The notes under the pieces: model-generated | Databases searched by the model: none | Told to the model about the DNA's origin: nothing | What the model saw: the letters and a program-made list of their open reading frames with translations, nothing else | Translations under genes and position numbers: made by a program | Part shown: positions 26,042 through 37,946 of the stretch, in pieces | Numbering within the stretch: position 1 is the stretch's first letter | Layout of the letters: the number at the start of each line of letters is the position of its first letter | NCBI GenBank assembly: GCA_022813965.1 | Contig: JALDZS010000010.1 | Coordinates: 1-64,000, forward strand | Direction of reading: 5' to 3' | DNA length: 64,000 nt | Source of the DNA: Toensbergia leucococca | Taxonomy: Eukaryota

Positions 26042-28541
26042 CTACAGTTCCTCCAGCCTCCCGCCAACTCTCCCCAAGAACTCACCTCTCTTGCCTTCCT
26101 CCAGCAGCTCATCCACATCCACACTTCCAGAAGTCAAGTACCTTTCACTTATTCCCACGTTAATCCTTTCGGCAAGCATTCCCCTCAACTCAGCTTTGAG
26201 CGCGCCCACCTCCCCCTTACTCAAGCTCCTAGATTCTCGCTCGGCTTTTTTTCTCCCCTGTCCCCGTCCCTTTTGACTGCCTTCCTGCGCAGCAAATTCA
26301 TCACTGTCATAGTCAACCCCTAAATCATCTGCCGCAGTGCGCAGCCAATTGTCCTCATGGCCCTTCTTCTCCTTTGCGAGGGAGGCGTCAGAAATTATCT
26401 TGGAGAGAGCCACGCGAGGTTTCACGCGGACGATGATACGGCGATCGAGGTCAATAGTGCGCATGAAGTACTTTTTGTTATCATCGCCTTCAAAACTGGT
26501 GTTGCGAGCATGCACTTTGGCGACCAAGCGCCTTACGCCTTGCACTTCCTCGGGCGCACAGAGCAGGATGCTAGAGCCTGATTTCTGAGCTCTGGCGGTC
26601 CGGCCCGATCGATGGACGTACATGTCCGCCGCGCGAGGAAGATGATAGTGAACAACTAGTTGGACGGAAGGAATGTCCAAGCCGCGAGCTGCAACGTCCG
26701 TGGCGACAAGTATAGAGCTGAGGTTAGATGGGGAGGAGAAGCGCTCAATGGCACGGAGGCGGGCCTTTTGGGGCATTTGGGAGTGAAGAGCTTGGGCCGG
26801 GATATTAAGGTTCTGGAGAAAAGGGGTCAGACGACGAACAGACGCTATTGAATTGGTGAAGATGAGGGTGCGAGTATTTGGATAATGTAACAAAAGTGCA
26901 TAGAGGTAAAGGTCCTAGACTCTTGGGTTAGTCTAAATTTAGGATATCGGTGGAATCGTGCTGCGAACTTTGTCTAATCCAGCACACTCAACTATGCCTT
27001 CTTTGAGGCGAGAGGCCATCTGCGAAACAGGATTTACATCGATGAATTTCGGCTTATCTTCACGGAAATTGAGTTTCTTCAATAAATACTCCATAGATTC
27101 TTGCTTTCCCAGAAGATCGCCGCCATGTGGCCTGCTCTTCCCGGCCAGCTTCTGCTGCAATTCTTTCTGAAAGGTTGCAGAGAAAACAAGTGTTTGTCGT
27201 CTTGTTTTTGCGATAGATATTACAATCTTCTCCTTTTCGTCTTCCAGATTATCATCGTCTCTGTCCAAGGCATTGAGGATTTCTTCTATTTCCTGGAAGT
27301 GGCCTTGACTTAGCAGCCGATCGGCCTCATCCACAACTAGGAATCTGATTTTCTTAAGCCAAGTGATTAGTCCTAGATCTTCGCTAATAATTTCCCAGAG
27401 ACGACCGGGAGTTCCAATGATGATATCGGCTCTTATTAAGAGACGTTGTTGCTTTTGCAAAGACAAGCCGCCGGTCACAGTAGCTATCAATGGCCCACTT
27501 GAGCTAACATTAGTGTATAAATCTGTCAGATGTGCTGACAATTGATGTGCGAGTTCGCGGGTGGGGGAAAGTATCATAGCAATGGGAGGGTGTTGCCGTT
27601 CTTTGCCTGCTGTAGTGGAAGTGTCATCTGTCTCGCGTCGAGTTTTTAGAAAATACTCAAGTATCGGTATACCAAATGCTAGGGTCTTGCCAGAACCAGT
27701 CGAGGCTTTCCCCACAACGTCATGGCCCTCGATAATTTCGGGTATAGAAGATATCTGAATGGGTGTTGGCGAAGAGAATCTCAATTTGCTAAGAGACGAT
27801 AGAGTCTCGGAAGATAACCCAAGAGACTGCCACGCAGACACTAGTACTGTAAGAAGAACATTTCGCACGAAGATGGCATGATCAGGACAGCTTACCGTCG
27901 ACTTCCTCGTTGCCTGCTTCACCCAGTACCTCGAACGCATTGACGCTCGAGGTAGTTTTTGTAGCCTTATCAGAAGCTTTGTTGAGAGTTTTCTTGCTAA
28001 TTCTCGGCTTTTTTATCTCCTTTGTTTGAAACTTATTGCTTGACGATGTAGGGCCTCCAGCCTCAATAAGGATCGGAGACTTGTCCTCCACGAAATCCTT
28101 ATCAAATCCTGTCCACTCTTCGTGTTCACCATTTGTACCAAGTACCCTAGCTCCATATACGGCACCGGCGCCCCTATCACTGTTGGTAGATCTCTTGAAG
28201 CTTTTTTCTTTTGGTCCTTGAGGGCCAGCTATTTCATTCAGCGCATGCCCTGCAAATACAAGCTCTAAAGATGCCTTACCCACCCTGTATCCAAGCTTGC
28301 CGTCTTTTGAGTTCGTTACGACTTCTACATTCTCAATCTCCTCAAGACCCAAGAAACCCTCGGCATCATCTAATCTTTCAGGTAAAGGCACCTCTTTCCA
28401 GGCGAGCTTCTCCAGAGGTATGACTTCCACTCGGTGATCTGAACTATTCTGAGGTAATTTGCCTAGGCCGTCAACTCTTTGCCTCTTCTTCGACTTAAAT
28501 TTGGTCTCCTGGCGAGCCCGCTTTTTTCCGAGTTGCGCCAT
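26042..28541 (-). CDS. MAK5: ATP-dependent DEAD-box RNA helicase Mak5 (DDX24), 60S biogenesis
   Basis: LAWKEV..P.RLDDAEGFLGLEEI N-terminal motif, PTPIQ, ASTGSGKT, SPTRELA, VVDEADRL, QTLVFSAT, ATDVAARGLDIP, YVHRSGRTAR. Start MAQLGKKRAR at 28541. Confidence 0.93.
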
Positions 28542-28673
28542 TATTGTGCAAGTCGTTGGACGAATCTCAAGGGTGCGAGGAAAATATATCGCCAAGCAAT
28601 CTAGGGCTGATCTCCACCCTTGCACACTCCGACGTCATTTATAAAATTTCTCTCCTCGAAGTCTCTCTTCACA

Positions 28674-29807
28674 ATGGGCAAGTCTTCGAAAGATAAACGT
28701 GACGCTTACTATCGGCTCGCTAAAGAACAAGGCTGGCGTGCCCGCTCTGCCTTCAAGCTCATTCAATTAGATGAGCAGTTTAATCTCTTCGATGGTGTCA
28801 CCCGTGTTGTAGACTTGTGCGCTGCTCCTGGAAGCTGGAGCCAAGTCCTGTCAAGAGTATTGATTAAAGGAGAGAACTTCGGAAGAAGGGCATGGGAAGA
28901 GAAGCAGGACAGGGATCGAAAGCTTGTGTTCGGGGCTAATGAGGGGGACGAAGACGATGGAACTGGTGTCGGTGAGGGAATGCTGAAGCCCAGAAAGGGT
29001 GTGAAGATTGTTGCAATTGATTTGCAACCAATGTCGTCTCTCGAAGGAATAACGACCTTGAAAGGAGATATCACACATCCATCCACGATTCTAAGGATAC
29101 TGCAGGCCCTCGACCCAGAGACTTACGATCCTACATCTGTGTCTACGTCTACTAGCAGCCCTGTGGATCTTGTCCTCAGCGATGGTGCTCCTGATGTCAC
29201 AGGGCTGCATGATTTAGATATCTACATTCAGTCACAATTGCTTTTCTCTGCTCTCAATTTGGCATTGCGTATATTGAAGCCCGGGGGGAAATTCGTAGCA
29301 AAGATATTTAGAGGAAAGGATGTGGATCTCATATACGCACAATTGAGCTGTTTCTTCCAAACCGTGCATTGTGCAAAACCGCGAAGCTCTAGAGCAAGCA
29401 GCCTGGAGGCGTTTGTGGTCTGTGAGGGGTTTTCGATGCCAAAAGGTTATGTCGTCGACCCAAATCAGCCGCTGGGGATAGGTGCTAATGCTCCTAAACA
29501 TGATAAAGAACCCAATAAGATGGAGGAAGAACAGTGGGCTGATGGTCAGAAGCGCACTATCAGAGACGACGGTGTCACAGTCTTGGAATTTGAGCCAGAT
29601 GATCAAGGGGATATACGGTGGATCGCACCGTTTGTGGCTTGTGGCGATCTATCAGCTTGGGATGCAGATGCTACGTATCATTTACCAAAAGATAGAATAA
29701 GTTTAGACCCTGTTCAGCCACCAACGGCGCCTCCATACAAAAGGGCTTTGGAACTGAGAAGACAGCAAGGAGGGCTGTATGGAAAGACAACGAAGACATC
29801 TACTTGA
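28674..29807 (+). CDS. TRM7: tRNA (C32/G34) 2'-O-methyltransferase Trm7 (FtsJ family), intronless
   Basis: [83 protein letters not shown]. Confidence 0.96.
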   Translation: MGKSSKDKRDAYYRLAKEQGWRARSAFKLIQLDEQFNLFDGVTRVVDLCAAPGSWSQVLSRVLIKGENFGRRAWEEKQDRDRKLVFGANEGDEDDGTGVGEGMLKPRKGVKIVAIDLQPMSSLEGITTLKGDITHPSTILRILQALDPETYDPTSVSTSTSSPVDLVLSDGAPDVTGLHDLDIYIQSQLLFSALNLALRILKPGGKFVAKIFRGKDVDLIYAQLSCFFQTVHCAKPRSSRASSLEAFVVCEGFSMPKGYVVDPNQPLGIGANAPKHDKEPNKMEEEQWADGQKRTIRDDGVTVLEFEPDDQGDIRWIAPFVACGDLSAWDADATYHLPKDRISLDPVQPPTAPPYKRALELRRQQGGLYGKTTKTST

Positions 29808-30343
29808 TTAATTGAATGAGATTATTCTTCTGCCATTCGTGGAAGCAGACTTCACGAACAAGTATAGCAGATCAGACGCCTCATTAGGAGTATTTGATGA
29901 AAGTTGAGTCTATTGACCGGTCATCAACCACATATCAACATCCCACGATAACCCATTGTGACTCTTCCCGATGAAGCTCACATGACAAATTGGAGTCGAG
30001 TCATCTGGCTTAAACCTCTACGAAGTTTAGGCAAGCGATTGGGACTCTGAACGATCATTCTTGAGGGCTAGGCGCTCATTGCAATCACAATCTCTCACTG
30101 GGAGCAAATAGAACTTAGACCACATACCTAGAAACAATGCTCAAGATATGCTGCATTCAAAGCACATTTTGTAGGGATTGGTCTCATCAGTGGTGCTTAA
30201 TGTGTGTTGTAGTTGAAGATATCAATACTTATATGACAAGCCCAGCATATGGGCTAATATTCGAAAGCAGCGTACTCCAAGAACAGCTGTCTACAAATCA
30301 GCGAATGCTCAAAAATTGATTGAAAAGATACCAAATAGATAGT

Positions 30344-31264
30344 TCAAGAGAACGATCCATCGTTGTCAAGTCGAGCATGGCCGAACGAGTGATCAAGTAG
30401 TTGGCGGAAATCCTCAGATGCTTGATCTTCCATGCCTTGCAGATTACGCGCATAACGATAGATATGGCTAGGCCGGTCATCTGCATTCGTGCACATCAAC
30501 ATATGAATTGCTTCCGCAAGCTGGGGGGAGTAAAATCTTCCAGTCCCTTGGAAACTTCGCACCCTGTAGATGTCCGAGCCGAGGCGGCATGCAGCTTGTA
30601 TAATAGCTCCTACGCCCCAAATATCACTGGGGAAGCCGAAAATCGGTGACTCTGGTGGAACCCAGTCAGCATTACCTCGGACGAGGCAGCGCTCCTCGAA
30701 GAGTTCATCGTCATAATGGAAGGCCATACCGAAGTCAGAGATACAAAGCCTATGATTGGGTGATCCGTGTGACCCAGAGTAGAGTAAGATGTTCGCTGGG
30801 TACAAATCTCGATGCACCACTCCTCGCCAACCTGGCCTAGCATGTTCGCCACTAAAGGCATCAATAATCCCCCACTGTATGTATGAAAGAGCGGAAGCTA
30901 ATTGTTTAAGCATGGCCCATACCAGAGTCTCGCTGATTCTTTCCTTCTTCTTCTCGTGGCTTTCAAAGAAGCCTTCGAGTGTTCCTAGATCGGCGAATTC
31001 TAAATAAAGGCTTGCTCCGGGGCAATTTCCATTGTCGATAAATGCATCAACATAACGAGTGATATTTCTGTGATTGAGGTCTCTCATCAGATTGATCTCG
31101 AACTCTGCCCCTCCGTTTCGAATTTCCTCGGGTCGAAGCCGTTTTTCAACATGGGTTTTTCCGTCACGTACTCGCTTTACAATGTAAACTCCGGCATTGT
31201 AGCAGCCATGGCTAGAAATATTTTCGGATACGCGAATGTAGTCAATTCGAAGATTTCCAGGCAT
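30344..31264 (-). CDS. Divergent single-domain Ser/Thr protein kinase (loosely NimA/NEK-like)
   Basis: Subdomains visible: YNAGVYIV, VEKRL (Lys), AEFEI (alpha-C Glu), HRNITRYVD, LEFADLGTL, HRDLYPANILL, SDFG, WVPPE, SDIWGVG. Confidence 0.85.
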   Translation of the reverse strand: MPGNLRIDYIRVSENISSHGCYNAGVYIVKRVRDGKTHVEKRLRPEEIRNGGAEFEINLMRDLNHRNITRYVDAFIDNGNCPGASLYLEFADLGTLEGFFESHEKKKERISETLVWAMLKQLASALSYIQWGIIDAFSGEHARPGWRGVVHRDLYPANILLYSGSHGSPNHRLCISDFGMAFHYDDELFEERCLVRGNADWVPPESPIFGFPSDIWGVGAIIQAACRLGSDIYRVRSFQGTGRFYSPQLAEAIHMLMCTNADDRPSHIYRYARNLQGMEDQASEDFRQLLDHSFGHARLDNDGSFS

Positions 31265-32716
31265 GCTGAGAAGGGTCTTCTGTATATTCGGTAAGTCAAG
31301 ATGCGAAATTTGGAAGACGATATTGGATTTTCATGGCGTCCAGGCCTGTCTACAAGGCTGACGAGTGCTGTCATTGTCCCATTCTTCTAGACTTGTACAA
31401 TAATGAACAATAGAACTTGCTGTGTGGCTGTTCTCAACGCTGCTGAAAAGACAGAGCAACAATTGATGAAAGTATCTCTTAAAATGGCTTTGTTCAAATC
31501 TTTCAAGATGACTTGAATTCTCAATGAACAGAAATATCATGACTACGAAATAGAAACACTGGGAAAAAGGCGGAAGGAGACGATTGTTGAGAGAATATCA
31601 AATTGTGTGGAATAGTAGGATAGTCATAGCTATTCTGGGTTGATCATCGTTCGATCACAATCATCGACAAGAATGACACAAAGATCCCTATTATTGAACA
31701 ATACCTTTGCTGATTTTGGTATTCACTGAAGTAGTATATATCACAGTGAATGTATATTTGGTAAGCAAGGCCAACTTGAGATAGGAAATATACCTGTGAG
31801 TGGCAGGGTGCTCGTAGGAAAACACCATGGTGATGAGGATGCCGGGGCCAAACATTATCAACCAGAACTAATATAGCTTTAGAGACCTGAGAAAGCTTTG
31901 ACTTGGAGCCGTCGTTGCTTCGATAGTTGTTGTGATATATGTCGACCAGAAGACTATGGCGGCTTTTGCTCTGAGTGTGTGGAAAAAGTCTTCGGCATTC
32001 TTTTTCACAAAGCAGTACGCAATGCAAAGTGATGTATGCTAGGAAGGCAAGCGTTGTGATGAGCAGCTTCGATCAGATTTTTGGAGTGGAAAATGAAACA
32101 GCTAAAGTCAAGTCTAGGAACCAATCTGGGAGAAGAGTGGCTACCGTGGAAAAGAGAGGATCTCGGAATTTTATCTCATGCTCCACACAGGCCTATTGAG
32201 CTGTGTCACTGAATCGCGGAAATTATAAAGTAAGTATTATGTGCACGAGGAATCAAGCCACTTCGAGCACCTGCTTATGCGGGAGGGAGGTGACTGATCG
32301 CAGCTGTTTGTAGTCCTCGGCCTGATATGTTGATTCGATCTCCCAAATGAATTACTCCGCCAGTCTTCGAGACAATTTAGCGGCTAAAGACGAGAGCTAT
32401 TTGTTGATCAATCGCTGATGTATCAAATATTCTGCCGTGACATCCTCTAATTCACGTCGTCAGCGATGCTTAGCTAGGAAGCACGAGCGCTAGGACACTC
32501 CGAAACTCTGAAAGCACGTCACTTTCGATTCTGCTTTTTCTGTGCAGATAGCTTCAAGACACCTGCGGCGGCCTCCATATCCAGGTGCTAAGATATACGG
32601 TGGAAACCGCTCTGTTCCTCAATCGAGCGAGACAACACTCGAAGTCCACAGTCGTTGGCCTGAACGTCAAACAGGCTGCGGCGATAGTACACTGAAGTTT
32701 TTGAGCGCAGTACCCC

Positions 32717-33706
32717 TTATTGCAGCGGTTTGATGCCTTTATGTATGGCCGCAATTCCACCTGTCAAATCTTCCCATCCCTGTCCAGGCACCATAAATCC
32801 TGCTTCTTGAATCATGCCAGTGAATTCGCGCTGTGTGGGAAACTTCTCAATGCTCTCAACCAAATACTGGTAGCTGCCTCGGTCACCAGCAACAAGCTGC
32901 CCTATCAGTGGTATAGCGCCAAAGCTCCACCTCTTGTAAAAGGCATTGAAGACGGTATTATTGACTTTACTGAATTCGAGGCATGCAAAGACACCACCAG
33001 GCTTTAGGACGCGAAACGCTTCCTTTAAAGCAATCTGTTTGTTTGTGAAATTCCGTATACCAAACGCGACAGTGTAGAGATCTACTGAATCGCTATTGAC
33101 TGTGGATAAATTCTCTGCGTTGGCTTCTAAAAAGCCTAATCGTTCAGCCCGTGCATATGGAGTGCCCATACTTCTTTTTCTCCCCTCGGCTAGCATTTCA
33201 GGATTGATATCGGAAACAGTGACATGGGATTGGTGGTCATTATTGATTGTGGTTGCATGGTCAAGAATGCGAAAGGCTATGTCACCCGTACCACCTGCGA
33301 TATCAAGGATGTTCCATCCCTTTGGCTCATTTGATGAAACGGGGTGGGAGCCAGGATTGAGAGAGCGTACAAAATGATCCTTCCACAGCCGGTGTATGCC
33401 AAGTGACATCAAATCATTCATAGTATCGTATGAGGATGCAACGGATGAGAAGACAGCGCCAACTGCGTCAAGTATGCCTCAGTCCTTACTTCTTCAGGTC
33501 AAAAGCATTGGGGAAATACCTTTAGATTCTTTCGCGGACTCGGGCACTGTTTCGAAGCCGAAGTGTGTGGTTCGTCCATGCTCTATCTGTCTAGGCTGCT
33601 CCTTTGCTTGGCGAGTTGAGTAGGAGAGACATCTATACTGCTGTTGCCCTCTCAGTTCTGGCAGCACAAGGGTTTTTAATGCTCGCAAACAGGCTCGTGA
33701 ATGCAT
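32717..33706 (-). CDS. COQ5: Ubiquinone biosynthesis C-methyltransferase Coq5 (mitochondrial)
   Basis: TTHFGFETV, VFSSVASSYDTMNDLMSLGIHRLWKD, LDIAGGTGDIAF, YTVAFGIRN, YQYLVESIEKFP. Arg-rich presequence; one intron at about 33466-33520. Confidence 0.95.
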
Positions 33707-33898
33707 GATACGCTTTGCAATTCCGTGAATAAAGTTGATATCAAATACAGTGCCATGCCGCGGTCAAACGATGACCGATGCTAGCCGGTAAGGCTACTCG
33801 TACCGCTATTCGTATGGTGGGAGGGTAACGGAGTATCCGTACCCCACAACTTTTCTTTTCTCTTCTCTTTACAATCAGCATGATCAACTGGTAGCGCA

Positions 33899-35526
33899 AT
33901 GGCATTCAAACGCTTGGATAAGACTCTCTGTGGTCGCTCAGTGCTTCAACGTTTTCATCCACAGAGCTTTGCTTGCAGAAGCCCACGCCAGCAAGCAAGA
34001 TGGAGCTCAGTGTCACAACGACCAGGATCAGACCAGTATGATCAATTCCGTACCGCTAGTGTTCTTCTTCCAAGCTGATAGCAGTCGAGTGTCCACTTCC
34101 CTGGTGCAGTGCGCAGCAAATTTACCTCGAAGCTGTCCTTCGAGCAGCCCTCGACTCACCCGGCCATCTCAACTTATAGAGTAATGGACTCAGATGGGGT
34201 TATCGTGGACAAAGCCCGAGCGTTACCGGACGTCAGTGACGAGGAGGTGCTGCTATGGTACAAAAATATGCTGACAGGTGGGATTTTCTTGAGCAACATT
34301 TGCGTATCATGGGCAAAGTATGCTGACGACGTTTTGCCAGGAGTGCAGTCAGTATTATGGATCTCATCATGTTTGACGCCCAAAGACAGGGTAGACTGAG
34401 CTTCTACATGGTAAGCGCTTCCCGGGTAGCCAGAGTACACTGGTCTATATGCTCCCTAATTTCTGATGAGAGTAGGTTTCGGCAGGTGAAGAAGGCATTG
34501 CCGTCGGATCGGCCTCAGCCCTAATCCCTGAAGACGTCGTCTTCGCCCAATATAGAGAGACAGGTGTCTTCCAGCAACGTGGCTTTACGCTCCAAGATTT
34601 CATGAGCCAGCTCTTCGCCAACAGTAAAGACTGCGGAAAAGGCCGAAACATGCCGGTCCACTACGGCAGTCATGAGCTAAACATTGTAAACCCTCCCCCC
34701 AACTCCCCCAGCCCAGCTCGGTCAGCCCTCTACAGTCCTTCAATTGACGGCTCTCCAGCACACTATTTCTTCGCCTCTAGCCACCCAGATTCCTCAAGCC
34801 GCCGGTGCCGCCTATGCCTTGAAGCTGCAAGCCTTACAAAACCCTAATCTGACCCCACGGATAGTAGCCTGCTATTTCGGCGAGGGAGCCGCCAGCGAAG
34901 GGGACTTTCACGCCGCCCTTAACATCGCTGCTACGCGTTCATGCCCCGTAGTCTTTATCTGCCGCAACAACGGCTACGCCATCTCGACCCCAACTCTGGA
35001 ACAATATCGCGGTGACGGTATAGCTAGCCGCGGCGTTGGCTACGGCATCGATACCATCCGTGTCGACGGCAACGATATCTTCGCTGTGCGAGAAGCTACC
35101 AAGGAGGCTCGCCGCATGGCTCTGGAAGATGGAGGCAAGCCTATCCTCATTGAAGCGATGAGCTACCGCGTCTCACACCACAGCACTAGTGACGACAGCT
35201 TTGCCTACCGCGCCAAAGTCGAGGTTGAGGACTGGAAGCGCCGAGATAACCCTATCACGCGTTTGAGGAAATGGATGGAGATTCAGGGGCTTTGGGACGA
35301 AGAGCGAGAGAGAGACGCAAGGTCAACGTTGAGGAAGAATGTTCTGAGCGCCTTTGCGGCGGCGGAGAAGGAGAAGAAGGCGCCGCTGAGAGAGATGTTC
35401 ACTGATGTGTATGAAGAGCTTAGTGAGGAGAGCAAAGAACAGATGGAGGAGCTGAGAGCGGTCTTGAAGAGGTATCCTGAGGAGTATGATGTAGATGAAT
35501 TTGAGGGGGGAAGGAACGGGTTGTGA
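33899..35526 (+). CDS. BCKDHA: Branched-chain 2-oxoacid dehydrogenase E1 alpha subunit (mitochondrial), 5 exons
   Basis: [85 protein letters not shown]. Presequence [15 protein letters not shown] from ATG 33899. Confidence 0.95.
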
Positions 35527-35923
35527 TGGTGTGAGGCTTTTGAAGTTGTTGTATAGGGGGTTGGATAAATGTGTGTATTGTGCATTAGATGGGGACGCTA
35601 TATATGGAGGAGCCATGTAGATATGGTAAGTTTTGTTGATAGGCAGGGTACATTTTGGGGCTGTTGGGGATCTTGTATAGGCGGGCGGAGATACGCCAGT
35701 CTTATGGATAGGGGCTTCATATATGGAGGAGCCATGCAAATAAGTAGTATTTGTCGTAGATTCTAAGCTATCCTTTGCCCAAGCGGTGTTCTTTGCAAAA
35801 AATCAGATTCTGTACATGTCAAACAATTCAAGCAGGGCAAAATACACAGGGAACATCAGATATAACGCTTTAAAAACGAGACAGCAAGGATTGTTATTCC
35901 TTCCTTAATTCCTACCCGTGCTC

Positions 35924-37565
35924 CTAGAACCCCAACCCAATCCTCCGCCACGAATTCTCCACGTCCTCACACAGCGTAATGAAGTTCTCGTCCTGCAAGC
36001 ATTGACAAATCATGTCGTCAATGGCAGTCATTCTATCATCTGGAGACTGCGCGGCATATGCTGCGAGATTCTCGGTAGCGCTGTGGAGTAGAGGAGCAGC
36101 TGTGGGTGCTGGGGTAGGGAGGTTTTGATATCGGCGGACTAGGAAGTCGAGACGACCGAGATAATCCTCTGAAGACGAATTTTCGAATATCTTATTGATT
36201 TGTTGGAGTCTAGTGGTGGGATCTTGGAGTTGATCCGAAGGGTTGTTCTGACGTGCATTTGCCTTGTTCGCTGGAAGGTTCGTCATAGGACCTTGGCCGA
36301 TGATTGGCCGCAGTGGAGAGCTCGGTGGCATGCCAGCATCTGAGCTCTGTAATGCTGTTACTGAGGATGTGCTAGGGATGTAACTTGCGTTGGGCCCTGA
36401 CGGGCCGATTATGGAATCAGAACGTAGAGGCGAGGAGGTCGGCATTTGCGGAGCAGCCTTTCCACGGCTTCTAGGCTTAGTGATTTTGGGCTTGGGGGAC
36501 TTGGCTTTGCTCGCTCTCTTCTTTGCTACACCTCCCACTTCAACGACTTTCTGCGCTGGTAGTGGAGCTGAGCTTGAGAAGGGGATATTTGCTTTTGGGT
36601 CTTTGCTCGGAGGCTTGGTGACTCGTTTTGGAAACGGGAGCTCTCGCTTTGGAGGCAGCATTTGAGATAGGGTGGGTAGATCTATTGATGAATATTGGGT
36701 GTTGAGTTCAGGTGCCGTTGCAGGTCGGATTTCGTTGAGTTGGCTGCTGGGATTGTTGTATAAACTTTCCCTGGTACGGATAAGCAGGGAAGATTATAAG
36801 AACTAATCGACGTACTGGGAAGCTTGGATGTATTGATTGCTGTCCCCATTGCTCTGAGAATTGCCCGGTGAGATATTTGAACACGGAAGAGTCGACAATG
36901 ATGATGGCCTTGGTTGTAGCTGAAATTGGATAGGGGGGTTTTTGTCCTGCATAGGTAATCGCAGCCTTCCAAGAATTTCAACGGTCTGATCATAGCCCCA
37001 TGCAGGCAGGAAGTTCATTTGGATCCTTCGCACCTACGAAATGTATTTTAGTACAAACTCCAAGGGCATAGCTAATATAGCCTTACGTAGCCATCGTGTG
37101 TACGGTATCGTATGGCAACCAAGGGCTTCTTGACAATGATGAACAGGGAGCGCTGTGATTCTGGAAGCGTTTGAAATAATGCTCTTTCCTCATCTGATAG
37201 AGCTTGAGACATCAAGTCGTCAAGATCTATGGTTTCCTATCAACTCAAACAGGAATCAGGATAATGAACAGAGGAAGGGCTCGCGATTTGCAACAGTCTC
37301 AACGGGAGAGAGAGAATGCAGCCTGTTATGAACATACAAGGACATGGCCATTCTGAACAAGTTTAAGATGACGCTTCTCTGAGACTAGTCCGCTGGGACC
37401 AGCCCTTCTCATGTCTTTGTAGACGGCAAAGAGATTGTCTCGCTGTGGTAGATGTGTCCAGATTAGCTTGCCCTGCAATGTAGCAGTAGTGGTATATGAT
37501 AATTTGCATAATGAAAGAGTCAAAGGACTGTTCACAGATGTGGATGATTGAGATGATGAGGCCAT
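35924..37565 (-). CDS. REC114: Rec114/Rec7/Asy3-like meiotic double-strand-break factor, 4 exons
   Basis: Spliced by hand: LCKLSY...WTHL...LKLVQNGHVL|ETIDL...LVAIRY...|VRRIQMNF...VEILGRLRLPM (PH-like N-terminal signature motifs), a disordered middle (RPATAP, MLPPKRELPF), and C-terminal IDDMICQCLQDENFITLCEDVENSW resembling the Rec114 Mei4-binding motif. Confidence 0.72.
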
Positions 37566-37946
37566 ATTGCTACAAGGCAATTAGTACTGTCTGATCAGTA
37601 CGTTAGTAGTAAGACATGATGACTAGAATATCTTTGGCCTCAGTAGTTCCCCGATCTGTTGACACGCCTTGCCCTGTCCGTAGGTGATAATGAGGGTGAG
37701 TAGTAGTTAAGATGCCACATGCCTCGATGCCTTTAGCTTCCCTGTCACTGTCGGCTTTGTAAAATACGACTAGGGCGCCGAGAAATTAAATAAAATAAAG
37801 CACCTGTTCACCTGCAGCCTCGAATGACGACCACCATGACTCCTTCGCAGTTTTGGGCCCCTCTACCATGACCGTTGGAGCTCCCTGCTGAATTAGCAAA
37901 AGACTGCGGACCTGAGAAGACTACTATCACACCCTGAGATATTACC

